Shown here piece by piece: positions 9,172 to 19,809 of a DNA stretch of 59,492 bases. Each line of letters starts with the position of its first letter. Position 1 is the first letter of the stretch. The DNA comes from an uncultured Bacilli bacterium (GTDB taxonomy: Bacteria > Bacillota_I > Bacilli_A > RF39 > UBA660): positions 1 to 59,492 of the forward strand of contig CALVUM010000003.1 of the NCBI GenBank assembly GCA_944363605.1. Direction: 5' to 3'. Both the position numbers and the translations under genes were made by a program. The notes beneath the pieces are model-generated. The model worked only from the letters and a program-made list of their open reading frames with translations. It did not search any database and was not told the DNA's origin.

Positions 9172-12100
9172 TTATACTTCTAAATCTAAAACAATTTTCT
9201 GAATTAATTTGACAACATCATAAATAAAATGTTGCTTCATATTAAGTATATTCAAAGAAATAGAAATTCTTTTATTTTCATATTTTAATTGAAACTTTGG
9301 GTTAATATTATACGCTTCCAAAAAAAGCTTATCTCCCTTAATTTTTGAAGAGATTTCTTCTGGTAAATAAATGGTAAGAAGCCTGTCTGTTTGGCGGACT
9401 TCTTTAATTTTCAGTTTATCGGCCAATTTTTCAAACCATTCTTCATACATATAAACTTCCATTTGTGGAGTAATTGTCCCAAAACGGTCAGTTAATTGAG
9501 CTTTTATCTTTTCTAGTTTTTCTTCGGAATCCACTTCATTAATCATTTGATGAATTTCAATTCGAACCGATTCATCTTCGACATAATCTGAAGTAATATG
9601 TGTCTCAACATTAATTAAAGAATCACTACGTTCATCCTCTTCTAGCACAACCTCTCCTTTTAGCCTTTTCATTTCCTCTTCAATCATTTTCATATAAAGA
9701 CTTATACCAACCGAATCAACAAATCCTGCCTGTTCACTACCTAAAATATCGCCAGCTCCTCTTATTGATAAATCACGCATGGCTATTTTATAGCCACTAC
9801 CAAGTTCCGTAAAATCCCGAATAGCCTGTAATCTTTTCACCGCAATATCATTAAGAGTTTTTTGTTTTTGATATAGAAAATAAGCATAGGCAATTCGGTT
9901 ACTTCGCCCGACACGTCCTCTTAACTGATAAAGTTGACTTAAGCCAAAATAATCAGCATTATATATAATCAAAGTATTGGCATTAGGAATATCAATTCCC
10001 GTTTCAATAATCGTTGTACTAAGCAAAATATCAAATTGATGACTCACAAAATCTTCCATAATCGTATCTAACTCTTGTTTATTCATCCGACCATGCGCAT
10101 ATCGTATTCGTGCTTCCGGAACCAAACGTTTCAATTTGAAAAGAATTTCTTCAATAGTCTCGATTCGATTATATAAAATAAATATTTGTCCATCACGGGC
10201 TAATTCTTTGTAAATCGCGTCTTTAATTAGCATGTCATTCTCAGCAATTACATAAGTTTGCACTGGATAACGATTTACTGGCGGTGTATCAATAATAGAT
10301 AAATCACGAAGCCCTGAAAGAGCCATTTTTAAAGTTCTAGGTATCGGAGTTGCCGACAAAGTTAAAACATTTACATCATTTTTATATTTTTTAATTTTTT
10401 CCTTATGAGTAACCCCAAATCGTTGTTCTTCGTCAACAATTAAAAGCCCCAGTCTCTTAAATTGAACATCATCACTTAATAAGCGATGTGTCCCAAAAAC
10501 CATATCGATCTTTCCTGATTTTAAATCCTCAAGAATCCTCTTCGTTTCTTTAGGTGTAGTAAACCGATTTAACAAAGCGATCTCAACAGGATAATCTTGA
10601 AATCTTGCTAAAGCCGATTCATATTGTTGTTTAGACAAAATAGTTGTTGGACATAAATAAAGAACCTGATAATTGTTACAAACTGTTTTAAACATTGCTC
10701 GAAAAGCTACTTCCGTTTTTCCAAAACCAACATCTCCACATAATAATCGATCCATTGGAACTGCATTATCTAAATCTTTTAATACATCGGCAATCGCGCG
10801 ATTTTGGTCCCTTGTTTCTTCATATTGAAAACTTCTTGCAAAAACTTCTTCCTCTGGATAATCAATATACGAAACGCCTTTTACTTGACTTCTTTTTGCA
10901 TATAACTCAATAAGCTCCTTAGAAATATCATGAATTCTTTTTTGAATAGACTGCTTTTTCTTTTGCCATGCCGTTGAACCAAGCTTATTAATTTGAGGTT
11001 TTAAACCATCTTTATCACTATATTTATAAATAGTTGATATTTTCTCAACTGGCACATAAACTTTATCATTACCTAAATAGGATATTTGAACATAATCTTT
11101 TTTAATACCATGATTTGTTAAAGTAACTACTCCATTATAAACACCAATTCCATGGGCTCGATGAACAACATAATCGCCTAAAGACAAAGAATCTAACCCA
11201 TGAATCTTTTTTCCAATTCGAATCGGATTTTTATAAACAACTTCTTGTTTAACTTCTTCAATATCAAATTCACTAATAACAACTAAATCATCCCAAATAA
11301 ACCCCTTATTCATTTTTCCTTGAATAATTTGGATTTGATTCGGAAGAACATGATCATCTTTTAAAATAATTGACCCATCAAAAAGTTCTTGAATCGACTT
11401 AATTTGATTACTTTTAGATAAAACAAAAACAACGGTTTTCTTTTGCCGAATATATTGCAAAACAGTCTCCTGTAATTTCGTAAAATCTCCTCGAAAATTC
11501 TCAATTTCTCTAGTAGTAAACCGAATAACCTGTTTTTTATTTAAAGAATTTGTTACTTGATTAAGAAAAATTTGTTTTCTTGGTTTCAAATCCTCTAAAA
11601 ACCAAAAATGCTTTTTACCAATTGTCTGTTCCTCTTCATTAAAATGCGTCATTTCTAAAAGAAGTTTTTGATAACTACTGTCTATTTGTTCAGCATCAAA
11701 AGTAATTAATGTAGTATCTCCTAAATAATCATATAAAGAACTAGGTTCCGTACTGATAATTTCTTCATTAGAAGAACATTGGATAGAAGAAACGTTTTCC
11801 AAAGATAACTGTGTATTTTCATCAAAAAAACGAATGGATTCGATCGTCTCACCAAAAAACTCAATTCGTACGGGATGTTCTTCTTGATGAAAAAAGACAT
11901 CGACAATAAATCCTCGAACAGCATATTCTCCTGTAGAAGTAACGATAGAATCTCGTTGATAACCTAAATTTTCTAAAATTTGAATAACTTTATCTCTAGA
12001 AATATCCATCGATACTTTTAATTCAATTTCTAAATTTTCTTGCTCTTTCTTATTAGGTAAAAAACGTAGATACCCCATTAAATTCGTAATAACAATATAT

Positions 12101-12390
12101 TGACCTTCTTTAAGTTTCTCTAAAGTCTCTAACCTTTTAAGTTTTAATTCTGGAGAAACAGCTAAAGCCATTGAAGTAAAAAAATCATCCATTGGAAATA
12201 ATAAAACTTGATCTGTAAGTGTTTCTAAAGAACGAAAAAGTTGATTTGCCAAATAAAGATTACTCGTTAAAACAAGAATATTTTTCTTTTCCTTTTTAAA
12301 AGCTTCTAACACGTAAAAAGCGGATAACTCATGCGTTAATCCCTCTATCGTAATTCCATCTTCAAAAGAAAATTTTTCAAAAAAATTCAT
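9172..12390 (-). CDS. mfd: transcription-repair coupling factor Mfd
   Basis: 1072 aa; CarD-like YVVHRAHGIG, helicase GDVGFGKTEV, DEEQRFG, TATPIPRT, C-terminal TRG region. Confidence 0.95.
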   Translation of the reverse strand: MNFFEKFSFEDGITIEGLTHELSAFYVLEAFKKEKKNILVLTSNLYLANQLFRSLETLTDQVLLFPMDDFFTSMALAVSPELKLKRLETLEKLKEGQYIVITNLMGYLRFLPNKKEQENLEIELKVSMDISRDKVIQILENLGYQRDSIVTSTGEYAVRGFIVDVFFHQEEHPVRIEFFGETIESIRFFDENTQLSLENVSSIQCSSNEEIISTEPSSLYDYLGDTTLITFDAEQIDSSYQKLLLEMTHFNEEEQTIGKKHFWFLEDLKPRKQIFLNQVTNSLNKKQVIRFTTREIENFRGDFTKLQETVLQYIRQKKTVVFVLSKSNQIKSIQELFDGSIILKDDHVLPNQIQIIQGKMNKGFIWDDLVVISEFDIEEVKQEVVYKNPIRIGKKIHGLDSLSLGDYVVHRAHGIGVYNGVVTLTNHGIKKDYVQISYLGNDKVYVPVEKISTIYKYSDKDGLKPQINKLGSTAWQKKKQSIQKRIHDISKELIELYAKRSQVKGVSYIDYPEEEVFARSFQYEETRDQNRAIADVLKDLDNAVPMDRLLCGDVGFGKTEVAFRAMFKTVCNNYQVLYLCPTTILSKQQYESALARFQDYPVEIALLNRFTTPKETKRILEDLKSGKIDMVFGTHRLLSDDVQFKRLGLLIVDEEQRFGVTHKEKIKKYKNDVNVLTLSATPIPRTLKMALSGLRDLSIIDTPPVNRYPVQTYVIAENDMLIKDAIYKELARDGQIFILYNRIETIEEILFKLKRLVPEARIRYAHGRMNKQELDTIMEDFVSHQFDILLSTTIIETGIDIPNANTLIIYNADYFGLSQLYQLRGRVGRSNRIAYAYFLYQKQKTLNDIAVKRLQAIRDFTELGSGYKIAMRDLSIRGAGDILGSEQAGFVDSVGISLYMKMIEEEMKRLKGEVVLEEDERSDSLINVETHITSDYVEDESVRIEIHQMINEVDSEEKLEKIKAQLTDRFGTITPQMEVYMYEEWFEKLADKLKIKEVRQTDRLLTIYLPEEISSKIKGDKLFLEAYNINPKFQLKYENKRISISLNILNMKQHFIYDVVKLIQKIVLDLEV

Positions 12391-12402
12391 CCAAACTCCC
12401 CC

Positions 12403-12948
12403 TTAATTAAATTTATTCATCGTTTTCTCTATCCCATAAGAAATAAAGTATTCAATAATTTCCTGATATAAAGAAGAACTGTCCTTTAATTGGTTAATTT
12501 CTTTTTTAGAAAATTTTCCCAATACATAATCAATAACCGACTCTCTCTTATCATGTGAAATACCAATTTTCAAACGACAAAAGCCTTCTGTCTGTAACGA
12601 AGAGATAATCGATTTAATTCCATTATGTCCGCCTGAAGAACTATTTATTTTAAGTTTATAAGTTCCAAAAGTCAAATCTAAGTCATCCTGAATTACCAAA
12701 ATGTCCTTAGGTAAGATATGATAATACTGGGCAATTTTATGAACCGCAATTCCACTTAAATTCATAAAAGTTAAAGGTTTAACAAACAAAACCTCTTCAT
12801 TACCCATTCTCATTTTTGAAACACATGCCTGAAACTTCTTTTCAACCTTAAAATCATGAATAAATGAATCTAAAATCATAAAACCAACATTATGTCGGGT
12901 ATTTTCATATTCACTACCTGGATTTCCTAAACCTACAACCATTTTCAT
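12403..12948 (-). CDS. pth: peptidyl-tRNA hydrolase
   Basis: 181 aa; VGLGNPG..Y..TRHNVGF and GGHNGIKS motifs. Confidence 0.92.
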   Translation of the reverse strand: MKMVVGLGNPGSEYENTRHNVGFMILDSFIHDFKVEKKFQACVSKMRMGNEEVLFVKPLTFMNLSGIAVHKIAQYYHILPKDILVIQDDLDLTFGTYKLKINSSSGGHNGIKSIISSLQTEGFCRLKIGISHDKRESVIDYVLGKFSKKEINQLKDSSSLYQEIIEYFISYGIEKTMNKFN

Positions 12949-12957
12949 TCAAATCCC

Positions 12958-13668
12958 TCAATTCTTAAACAAATTTTGATAAGTCTCTAGTCCGCCTATA
13001 CATATAGGTGGTGCAATTTTACAACCAAATTTCCCATTTTTCACTAAAGTTACTAAAACAATAATTGGAGCTTGCTCTATTTTAGAATGAACAAACTGTA
13101 TTCTTTTAATACCTAAACCATATTGATAAGCATAAACCATAATTTCATCTAACCGATCAGGAACATGAACTAAAAAGAATCTTCCTTTGTCTTTTAACAA
13201 ATAACTTGCCATCCCAATTAATTCTTTTAAATTGATAGTTATCTCATGTCTTGCAATACTTTTTAAAGAATTTTGATTCACAAAATCAGGATTATGATAT
13301 TTAAAATAAGGTGGATTAGACAAAACAACATCAAAATTATTTCCCGGGAAATAATTTCCCAATTCCAAAACACTATCTTCAATAATGGAAACAGCATCTT
13401 CCATATCATTTTCTCTAATAGAATCTCTAGCTAAATCCGCAATTTCTTTTTGAATCTCCACTCCAATAATTTCTTTATGGTATTTATAATGTAACAAAAT
13501 AGGTATAACACCATTTCCAGTACACAAATCAATTATTTTCTCATCACTCTTACGAATCGTTGCATATTCAGCAAGTAAAATAGAGTCTAACGAAAATTTA
13601 AAACCATCTTCATATTGATAAATTTTTAAATTTGGATAATCAAACAACCAATTAAGCTGCTTCTTCAT
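12958..13668 (-). CDS. SAM-dependent N6-adenine methyltransferase, TrmN6/YabB-like
   Basis: 236 aa; DLCTGNG SAM motif and NPPYF catalytic motif; follows yaaT as yabB does in Bacillus. Confidence 0.7.
   Translation of the reverse strand: MKKQLNWLFDYPNLKIYQYEDGFKFSLDSILLAEYATIRKSDEKIIDLCTGNGVIPILLHYKYHKEIIGVEIQKEIADLARDSIRENDMEDAVSIIEDSVLELGNYFPGNNFDVVLSNPPYFKYHNPDFVNQNSLKSIARHEITINLKELIGMASYLLKDKGRFFLVHVPDRLDEIMVYAYQYGLGIKRIQFVHSKIEQAPIIVLVTLVKNGKFGCKIAPPICIGGLETYQNLFKN
13334..13357. other. NBS-like palindrome (24 bp) inside the methyltransferase gene
   Basis: AAATTATTTCCCGGGAAATAATTT; encodes ..NYFPGNNF.. Confidence 0.75.
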
Positions 13669-14443
13669 TTTCTAAACAAATCTCCCGTAACTCATCATTA
13701 ACCAAAACTTTATATTTTCTATTTAAAATATCCACACTTTTAACCTTACCTTCACCATAAGGAGTAGAAACAGTTTCCCCAACACTAGGCATTCCTTGTC
13801 CTGCAAGAATATATTGCTCATCCTCATAAGCTAAACAACATAATAGTCTTCCACAAGCTCCATTAATTTTCGAAGGATTTAAAGCTAAATTCTGATTCTT
13901 AGCCATATTCATTGTAACGGATTCCAAATGAGTTAAATAATTTGCGCAACAAAGACCACGACCACAAACGCCAATTCCACCAACATGAAAAGCTTTATCA
14001 CGTGCACCGACTTGCCTTAATTCTATCCGGGTATGATAAATACTAGCTAACTTCTTAGCAAGTTCTCGAAAATCCACCCGTTCATCTGCAAAAAAGTTAA
14101 AAAGCAATTGCTTACGGTCAAAAGTAAATGAAGAATCAATAAAATTCATATTCAAATTTAGTTCTTTACTAAATTGACGTGCTTTTTTCAAAGCTTCATC
14201 TGCATCTTTTAAATTTTTTAAATATTGTTCATAATCTTTTTTTGTAGCAATTCGCAAAATATTTTTTAATTCATTCGTATATTTAAAAGAAGCTTCTTTA
14301 TCCATTTTATTAACTACTCTACCAAACTGCTCCCCTTTTTCTGTTTCAACAATTACTGTAACTCGATTTGGTATTCGTAAATGTTGACCATTAAAATAAT
14401 AAATTTTTCCTTTATCTTGAAAAACAACACCATATATATTCAA
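13652..14443 (-). CDS. ricT: PSP1-domain stage 0 sporulation protein YaaT/RicT
   Basis: 263 aa; PSP1 core with cysteine clusters GVCGRGLCC and GACGRLLCCL; follows holB. Confidence 0.85.
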   Translation of the reverse strand: MNIYGVVFQDKGKIYYFNGQHLRIPNRVTVIVETEKGEQFGRVVNKMDKEASFKYTNELKNILRIATKKDYEQYLKNLKDADEALKKARQFSKELNLNMNFIDSSFTFDRKQLLFNFFADERVDFRELAKKLASIYHTRIELRQVGARDKAFHVGGIGVCGRGLCCANYLTHLESVTMNMAKNQNLALNPSKINGACGRLLCCLAYEDEQYILAGQGMPSVGETVSTPYGEGKVKSVDILNRKYKVLVNDELREICLENEEAA

Positions 14444-14446
14444 AAT

Positions 14447-15301
14447 CTATTCACCTACCTCCAAAACAAATCGATCTAAAACTAGTGAGATGTTTAAATT
14501 ATAATTCAATTTATCTAAAATATCTAAAATTAATTGAATTTTTTGAAAAAAATAACTCGAATCCTTTTTTAATAAAAACTTAAACCTTTCAAACTCAGTA
14601 TCTAATTCTTCAATATTTAAAGAAACTTGATATAAATTTTCATAAATTCTTAATAAAGAATTAAATAACCAAAAAGCATCTTTTTTATCTTTTAATAAGG
14701 GTAAAAGAGTCTCACGATTATAAAGTAGTGCTTCATTATGAACTGTTTCAATTTCTAAAGCATAGGAAATAGCCATTTGAAAGTATTCTAATGGAATATC
14801 AGTAGTTGCATCATAATCATAATAATCTAAAAGAATTTGGCATCGACTTTTAATCGTATCAAGTACATTTTCTTTATTATTCGTAATAAAAAAACCAATT
14901 ATATATTCTTCTGGTTCCTCAAGGAATTTTAACATCGTATTAGCGCTAGCCGAATTTAAATATTCAGCATCCATTAGAATATACATATTATATTTAGAAA
15001 AAACCGGTTTCGTTTGAAAAGCTCTTTTTAATTCTACTATTTGTTCCTTTTTAATATTTTGACCATCAGGATAAATTGTCAGTAAACTCGGTAAAGAATG
15101 TGTTTCTATCAAATGACATAAATTACAATTTTTGCAATTTTCTTGATAATCATTTGGACAATTCAAAACTTTTAAAAAATGCAAAATTGTCTGATAACAT
15201 TTTTCTTTATCATTTGTTTCAATTAAAAATGCATGAGCTAATTTTTTCTCATGATAAGCATGAACAAGTTCTTGAAAAATTTTGTTATCCACATCTCTCA
15301 C
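14447..15301 (-). CDS. holB: DNA polymerase III delta-prime subunit
   Basis: 284 aa; HAFL clamp-loader N-terminus, cysteine module C-x2-C-x2-C, NTMLKFLEEP, SRCQ sensor motif. Confidence 0.8.
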   Translation of the reverse strand: MRDVDNKIFQELVHAYHEKKLAHAFLIETNDKEKCYQTILHFLKVLNCPNDYQENCKNCNLCHLIETHSLPSLLTIYPDGQNIKKEQIVELKRAFQTKPVFSKYNMYILMDAEYLNSASANTMLKFLEEPEEYIIGFFITNNKENVLDTIKSRCQILLDYYDYDATTDIPLEYFQMAISYALEIETVHNEALLYNRETLLPLLKDKKDAFWLFNSLLRIYENLYQVSLNIEELDTEFERFKFLLKKDSSYFFQKIQLILDILDKLNYNLNISLVLDRFVLEVGE

Positions 15302-15307
15302 CCAAGA

Positions 15308-15502
15308 TTATTTTACTATAAAATATAAAATAATTAAAGAAGAAAGACCAGGAACACCTAATAAACTAACCACTCCAACCGTAATGACATTTATTGGAAT
15401 ATATATTTGTAAAGAAGAAATAAAATAATTTAACCCATACAGCATTAAAAAAGCAAAAACAATTTTTTTAACTATTGTATATATTTTTTTTATCATAGGC
15501 AA
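15308..15502 (-). CDS. bofA: pro-sigma-K processing inhibitor BofA
   Basis: 64 aa membrane protein; IPINVITVGVVSLLGVPGLSSL matches BofA HVPINLVT...ILGIPGIAAL (recalled). Confidence 0.65.
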   Translation of the reverse strand: MPMIKKIYTIVKKIVFAFLMLYGLNYFISSLQIYIPINVITVGVVSLLGVPGLSSLIILYFIVK

Positions 15503-15554
15503 ATATCTCCTAGTAATACATATGAAAAAAATCGGATTTCATTCCGATTTTAGA

Positions 15555-16178
15555 TTATAATTTTTGAATTTCATTTGACAGATTAACAAATAGCTCATCA
15601 GTATAATATTGACGATCATATAAAATCCAACCATCACTTGGCTTTTGAACTTGAGGTAATATTTCACTAGCTAAAGGCTCTCCAAAATTTTGAACATCTG
15701 CTTTCGCATTTTCTAATGAAAATTCTACTCTTAATTCATAATCCTTCGCTTGCAAATCTGATTCAATTTTAAGAATTTGAGAACAGAATTTAGCTTCTTT
15801 ACTTTGTTGTGTAGCAAATTCTTCAATTAAAGAAATAAATTCTTCTTTAATAAGCATTCCAGAAGTTATCTCTTCAATAATTGCACAATTTTTTAGAGTT
15901 CCCTCTTTATTAAAAGATTTAGTAACCGGAGTAACTTCTTGTCCAAGATCTATTTTTTCTAACTCTTTAGCAATAATCATTTTTATAACTTTAAACATAT
16001 CTAAATCTAGTTTTGCTTCGCTATTAAGACCAATAGCTAAAATTATACATCCATAAATATGCTCAGCAAATGATTCTAATCTTTCATTGGTAATTCCAAC
16101 TTCTTTCCAACCTGTCCGAATACCATATTTTAATTTATTAGCCATTTGATAAAAATTAATTACATTCTTATATTCCAT
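15555..16178 (-). CDS. HD-domain phosphohydrolase (YfbR-like 5-prime-nucleotidase family)
   Basis: 207 aa; LKYGIRTGW...ESFAEHIYG pattern of the HD_3 family. Confidence 0.55.
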   Translation of the reverse strand: MEYKNVINFYQMANKLKYGIRTGWKEVGITNERLESFAEHIYGCIILAIGLNSEAKLDLDMFKVIKMIIAKELEKIDLGQEVTPVTKSFNKEGTLKNCAIIEEITSGMLIKEEFISLIEEFATQQSKEAKFCSQILKIESDLQAKDYELRVEFSLENAKADVQNFGEPLASEILPQVQKPSDGWILYDRQYYTDELFVNLSNEIQKL

Positions 16179-16241
16179 AAAAATTCATCTCCTTACATGT
16201 AAAATATATCATATAAAAATATAAAAGTAAAATTTTAATTA

Positions 16242-16847
16242 CTAATCCGATATAATTTTTCGGTCAAATAATGCTTTATCTAAAGTCATCATATCCAAAT
16301 ATTCAATTTCAGTACCCATTGGTATTCCATGAGAAAGACGACTAATAACAACATCTTTTTGTTCAAAAATAGCTTTAATGTATAAAGTTGTAGTCTCTCC
16401 TTCAATAGAACTTTTTAAAGCTAAAATAAGCTCAGGATGTGACAAATCTTCCACTCGTCGCATTAATGAAGATAAATTAATATCCTCTGCTCCAATATTT
16501 AACATGGGCGAAATAAGACCGTTTAAAACATGATAGACTCCCTTATAATTACCAGCTCGTTCAAAAGCAAAAGCGCTTCTATAATCTTCTACAACACAAA
16601 TCAAATTTTTGTCTCTAGAATCATCAGAACAAACCGAACATACTTCTTGATCCGTCAAATTTCCACAGATAGAACATGGGCGTAACTCTTTTTTTCCATT
16701 TAAAAGAGCTTCACGCATATTTTCTATATCTTCCATAGACATATCAAGAGTTGCTAAAGCCATTCTCTCAGCACTTTTTTTCCCAACACCTGGAAATTTT
16801 TGAAAAGAATCAACTAAATTTTCAAAGCTTTTTGGATATGCTCCCAT
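16242..16847 (-). CDS. recR: recombination protein RecR
   Basis: 201 aa; HhH FPGVGKKSAERMA, zinc finger CSICGN...CSVC, Toprim VVEDYRS. Confidence 0.95.
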   Translation of the reverse strand: MGAYPKSFENLVDSFQKFPGVGKKSAERMALATLDMSMEDIENMREALLNGKKELRPCSICGNLTDQEVCSVCSDDSRDKNLICVVEDYRSAFAFERAGNYKGVYHVLNGLISPMLNIGAEDINLSSLMRRVEDLSHPELILALKSSIEGETTTLYIKAIFEQKDVVISRLSHGIPMGTEIEYLDMMTLDKALFDRKIISD

Positions 16848-16848
16848 T

Positions 16849-17154
16849 TTACATCAAACCATCTAACATTCCAGCATATTGTCCCATTTTTGACTGAAAT
16901 TCTTTATCAATTTTTTGAATAGCATCCTTAGTCGCTAATACAATAAAATCCTCTAATAACTCAATGTCTGAAGCATCTAACCCATCTTTTTCAATTTTGC
17001 ATCGAACCATTTCCTTTTTTCCATTTAATGTAACTTCGACAAACTCATATTTCCCGGGAAATAATTGAGCATTAATTTCCTCTTTCTTTTTTTGTAAATC
17101 TCTCTGCATTTTTTGAGCTTGAGCCATTATATTTTGCATATTCATTGTAAACAC
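16849..17154 (-). CDS. ybaB: nucleoid-associated protein YbaB/EbfC
   Basis: 101 aa; between dnaX and recR; MQKMQ..LQKKKEE... pattern. Confidence 0.88.
   Translation of the reverse strand: MFTMNMQNIMAQAQKMQRDLQKKKEEINAQLFPGKYEFVEVTLNGKKEMVRCKIEKDGLDASDIELLEDFIVLATKDAIQKIDKEFQSKMGQYAGMLDGLM
17048..17063. other. NBS-like palindrome (16 bp) inside ybaB
   Basis: TATTTCCCGGGAAATA; encodes ..LFPGKY.. Confidence 0.75.
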
Positions 17155-17161
17155 TTTCCTT

Positions 17162-18805
17162 TCAAACCATTTCTATTTTATCACGATTAAATACATTTGT
17201 GGCAATTTCTTCAATTTCTGACTGCATTTTTGGTTTTAATTTCTCAATTTCTGATTCTGATATAAGTGTATAACTGCCACCATTTTTAATTTTCTGAGCA
17301 TATTCCTGTCTTTCTTTTTTCCACTCGACTTCACTTAATGAAGCAAAATAAATTGGAGAAGAAAAATAAGACTGTAACTCGTAAGACAACTGATCAGCAT
17401 TTTTATTTAACAAATATACTGTGCTTTCTAATTTCGAAGTTAAAATACAATACGTATCAGAAGCTGCGACTACTGTAGAATCTAAAATAAAAGATTTAAT
17501 ATTCGGACTTATTTTATCATTATCAATTGCTTTATTCCAAACATCTTGAAATATCTTTAAAGCTTCTTTTTTAGCTTCAGCAAAACAATTATTTACCCGA
17601 ATTTCAACCATTTTTTTGATATATTCTTCTTCTAAACTCTTTTCTTGAGTAACTTGAGGAATTTCTTTTTCAACTTTTTCCTCCATTTTAGGCTTTTCAT
17701 CTAAAGTTTGCTCCGCTTTTGTTCCCTTTTCTAAAATCTTATTCACATTTTCTACATAGTTATCCACATTCTTTGTATTTTTTTCTTCAAAATTATCTAA
17801 AAGAATCATTTCAATTAAAACAAAAGGATTAATATTAATATTTATCTTATTTAAACAGTCATTCAAAGCAAAAATAATTCCTTTAACTTGAGAATAAGTA
17901 AATTGGCCTATATAAGATCCAGAAGCAATAGAAACAGCAATACCAGATAATTCTTGAATAATTTTCTTAATAAAAACTTTATAATCAGAAGAAGTACTAG
18001 CTAACTCTTGCATAGACAAATGAACTAAAGAAATCTCACGATTTTCCACATTTTTAAGCAAATCTCGAATAAATTTCATCGAAATAGAACCATAATTAGT
18101 TAAAATACTTTCAATAGTAATCTCCTCTCCTAAAGAAGATAATTGATCAAGCAGACTTAATGCGTCGCGCATTCCTCCTTCAGACAAATAAGCTATTTCT
18201 GTAATAGCCTCTTCTGTAATTGATATGTTTTCTTGTTCACAAACATAACGAATTTGTTTAATCAAATCCTCAAGAGAAAACTTTTTAAAATTAAAACGTT
18301 GACAACGGGATAAAATCGTTATCGGAACACTTTCCACATTCGTAGTTGCCATAATAAAAATTGCATGAGCAGGAGGTTCTTCCAATGTTAACAACAAAGC
18401 ATTAAAAGCACTTGTGGTCATCATATGAACCTCATCAATAATATAAATTTTATATCTTCCTTCTGTTGGAGCGACTTTCACATTATTAATCAGTTCACGA
18501 ATGTCATCCACACCATTATTAGAAGCCGCATCAATTTCAATTATATCAGGGCTCTGTTCAAAAGATAAACATGCATTACACTTTCCACAAGCTTCTCCAT
18601 TTTCTAAATGTTCACAATTAATCGTTTTGGCAAAAACTTTTGCAGTACTTGTCTTACCAGTACCACGTGGCCCCGTAAATAAATAAGAATGAGCAATTTT
18701 ATTGTGGATAATAGCATTTTGAAGCATTTTAACAGTATATTCCTGCCCTACAATATTTTTAAAACATGTTGGTCGATATTTACGATATAAGACTTTATAT
18801 TCCAT
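17162..18805 (-). CDS. dnaX: DNA polymerase III subunit gamma/tau
   Basis: 547 aa; YRKYRP, GPRGTGKTS Walker A, zinc module C-x-C..GKCNAC, IIDEVHM, SRCQRF. Confidence 0.95.
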   Translation of the reverse strand: MEYKVLYRKYRPTCFKNIVGQEYTVKMLQNAIIHNKIAHSYLFTGPRGTGKTSTAKVFAKTINCEHLENGEACGKCNACLSFEQSPDIIEIDAASNNGVDDIRELINNVKVAPTEGRYKIYIIDEVHMMTTSAFNALLLTLEEPPAHAIFIMATTNVESVPITILSRCQRFNFKKFSLEDLIKQIRYVCEQENISITEEAITEIAYLSEGGMRDALSLLDQLSSLGEEITIESILTNYGSISMKFIRDLLKNVENREISLVHLSMQELASTSSDYKVFIKKIIQELSGIAVSIASGSYIGQFTYSQVKGIIFALNDCLNKINININPFVLIEMILLDNFEEKNTKNVDNYVENVNKILEKGTKAEQTLDEKPKMEEKVEKEIPQVTQEKSLEEEYIKKMVEIRVNNCFAEAKKEALKIFQDVWNKAIDNDKISPNIKSFILDSTVVAASDTYCILTSKLESTVYLLNKNADQLSYELQSYFSSPIYFASLSEVEWKKERQEYAQKIKNGGSYTLISESEIEKLKPKMQSEIEEIATNVFNRDKIEMV

Positions 18806-18870
18806 AAAAACCCCACTTTCATTATAAGATAAATATATTTTAAAATCTAATAAATATTATACCACAAAGA

Positions 18871-19287
18871 CTATCTTTTATCTTTAAAAAAATCACTTAA
18901 TAGTTCATGATACATTTGTTCGTTTTTAAGATCATTTATCTTTAAAAATTCACTATCAGAAAACTCTTTTTTAAAGGACAACTTATCTAATAAAAAATAA
19001 ATCTTTTTTATTCGTGACTGCTTAATAATTTCCATACACATTGAACAAGGTTTTAACGTAACATAAAGTTCACAGTCGGCTAAATTCCATCTATTAAGTA
19101 TTTTTGAAGCTTTTAAAATCACATTTATTTCGGCATGACCCAAAACATTATGTTCTAATTCTCTCGTATTATGTGCCTTTGCAAGAATTTTATCATTCTG
19201 AACAAGAATGGCTCCTATAGGAACATCATCTTGTTGATAACTCTCCTTTGCTTCCTCAATAGTTGCTAAAACAAATTCCTCTTTCAT
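18871..19287 (-). CDS. tadA: tRNA-specific adenosine deaminase TadA
   Basis: HAE(INVI) and PCSMC deaminase zinc motifs. Start moved from the GTG at 19311 to the ATG at 19287, which follows GGAGG. The longer ORF overlaps the SRP RNA 3-prime stem. Confidence 0.85.
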   Translation of the reverse strand: MKEEFVLATIEEAKESYQQDDVPIGAILVQNDKILAKAHNTRELEHNVLGHAEINVILKASKILNRWNLADCELYVTLKPCSMCMEIIKQSRIKKIYFLLDKLSFKKEFSDSEFLKINDLKNEQMYHELLSDFFKDKR

Positions 19288-19305
19288 TTTTCCTCCATAA
19301 AAAAA

Positions 19306-19377
19306 GTGCACACAAACAGGGATTGACGTGGCTGCTATCTTCCGATCCTGACCAGATTACAATATATTTGTTGCACG
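19306..19377 (-). ncRNA. ffs: small SRP RNA (scRNA/ffs), short Firmicute/Mollicute-like form
   Basis: The minus strand reads GTGCAACAAA...CTGGTCAGGATCGGAAGATAGCAGCCAC...TTTGTGTGCAC. The middle matches the domain IV consensus GGUCAGGUCCGGAAGGAAGCAGCC, the termini base-pair, and a T-run follows. Adjacent to tadA/dnaX as scr is in B. subtilis. Confidence 0.6.
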
Positions 19378-19423
19378 TATAAAGAATAACAAAAAAAACT
19401 TAAACTTGCAACAAAAATTACAA

Positions 19424-19439
19424 TGTTTCACGTGAAACA
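19424..19439. other. parS site 1 (TGTTTCACGTGAAACA)
   Basis: Perfect 16-mer; embedded in a 32-bp perfect palindrome at 19416-19447. Confidence 0.85.
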
Positions 19440-19536
19440 TTGTAATTAAAAAGTTATATATTATCAACATACGCATAATAAAAAAATTTTAATTAAATCT
19501 TCTTAAAAATATCTAAAAACAAAGTTATACACTATA

Positions 19537-19552
19537 TGTTTCACGTGAAACA
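19537..19552. other. parS site 2
   Basis: Perfect 16-mer; embedded in a 28-bp palindrome at 19531-19558. Confidence 0.85.
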
Positions 19553-19565
19553 TATAGTTACAAAC

Positions 19566-19587
19566 AATTATTTCCCGGGAAATAATT
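19566..19587. other. NBS-like palindrome (22 bp) inside the parS array
   Basis: AATTATTTCCCGGGAAATAATT; the 16-bp core starts 16 nt after parS site 2. Confidence 0.75.
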
Positions 19588-19793
19588 TTATATTTAATTT
19601 ATTTATGATTAATTTTTTGCTTTTATTAATCTAAATACGTTTTATAATAGATTTTAAAGACAATTAATTATTAAAAACAAACAAATAGTAATATTTAAAA
19701 AATTAAGATTTAACAACCTAGTATATAAAGTAAAATATACAAGATCCTAGTTTTTTTCATAAATTAAATGTATATATTTTTATAAAAATTCAA

Positions 19794-19809
19794 TGTTTCA
19801 CGTGAAACA
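19794..19809. other. parS site 3
   Basis: Perfect 16-mer; 18-bp palindrome at 19793-19810; followed by TTATCCACT (19812-19820). Confidence 0.85.

Noticed and set aside
19288-19311. The long tadA start (GTG at 19311)
   Set aside because: It overlaps the 3-prime stem of the predicted SRP RNA. The internal ATG at 19287 has a GGAGG RBS.
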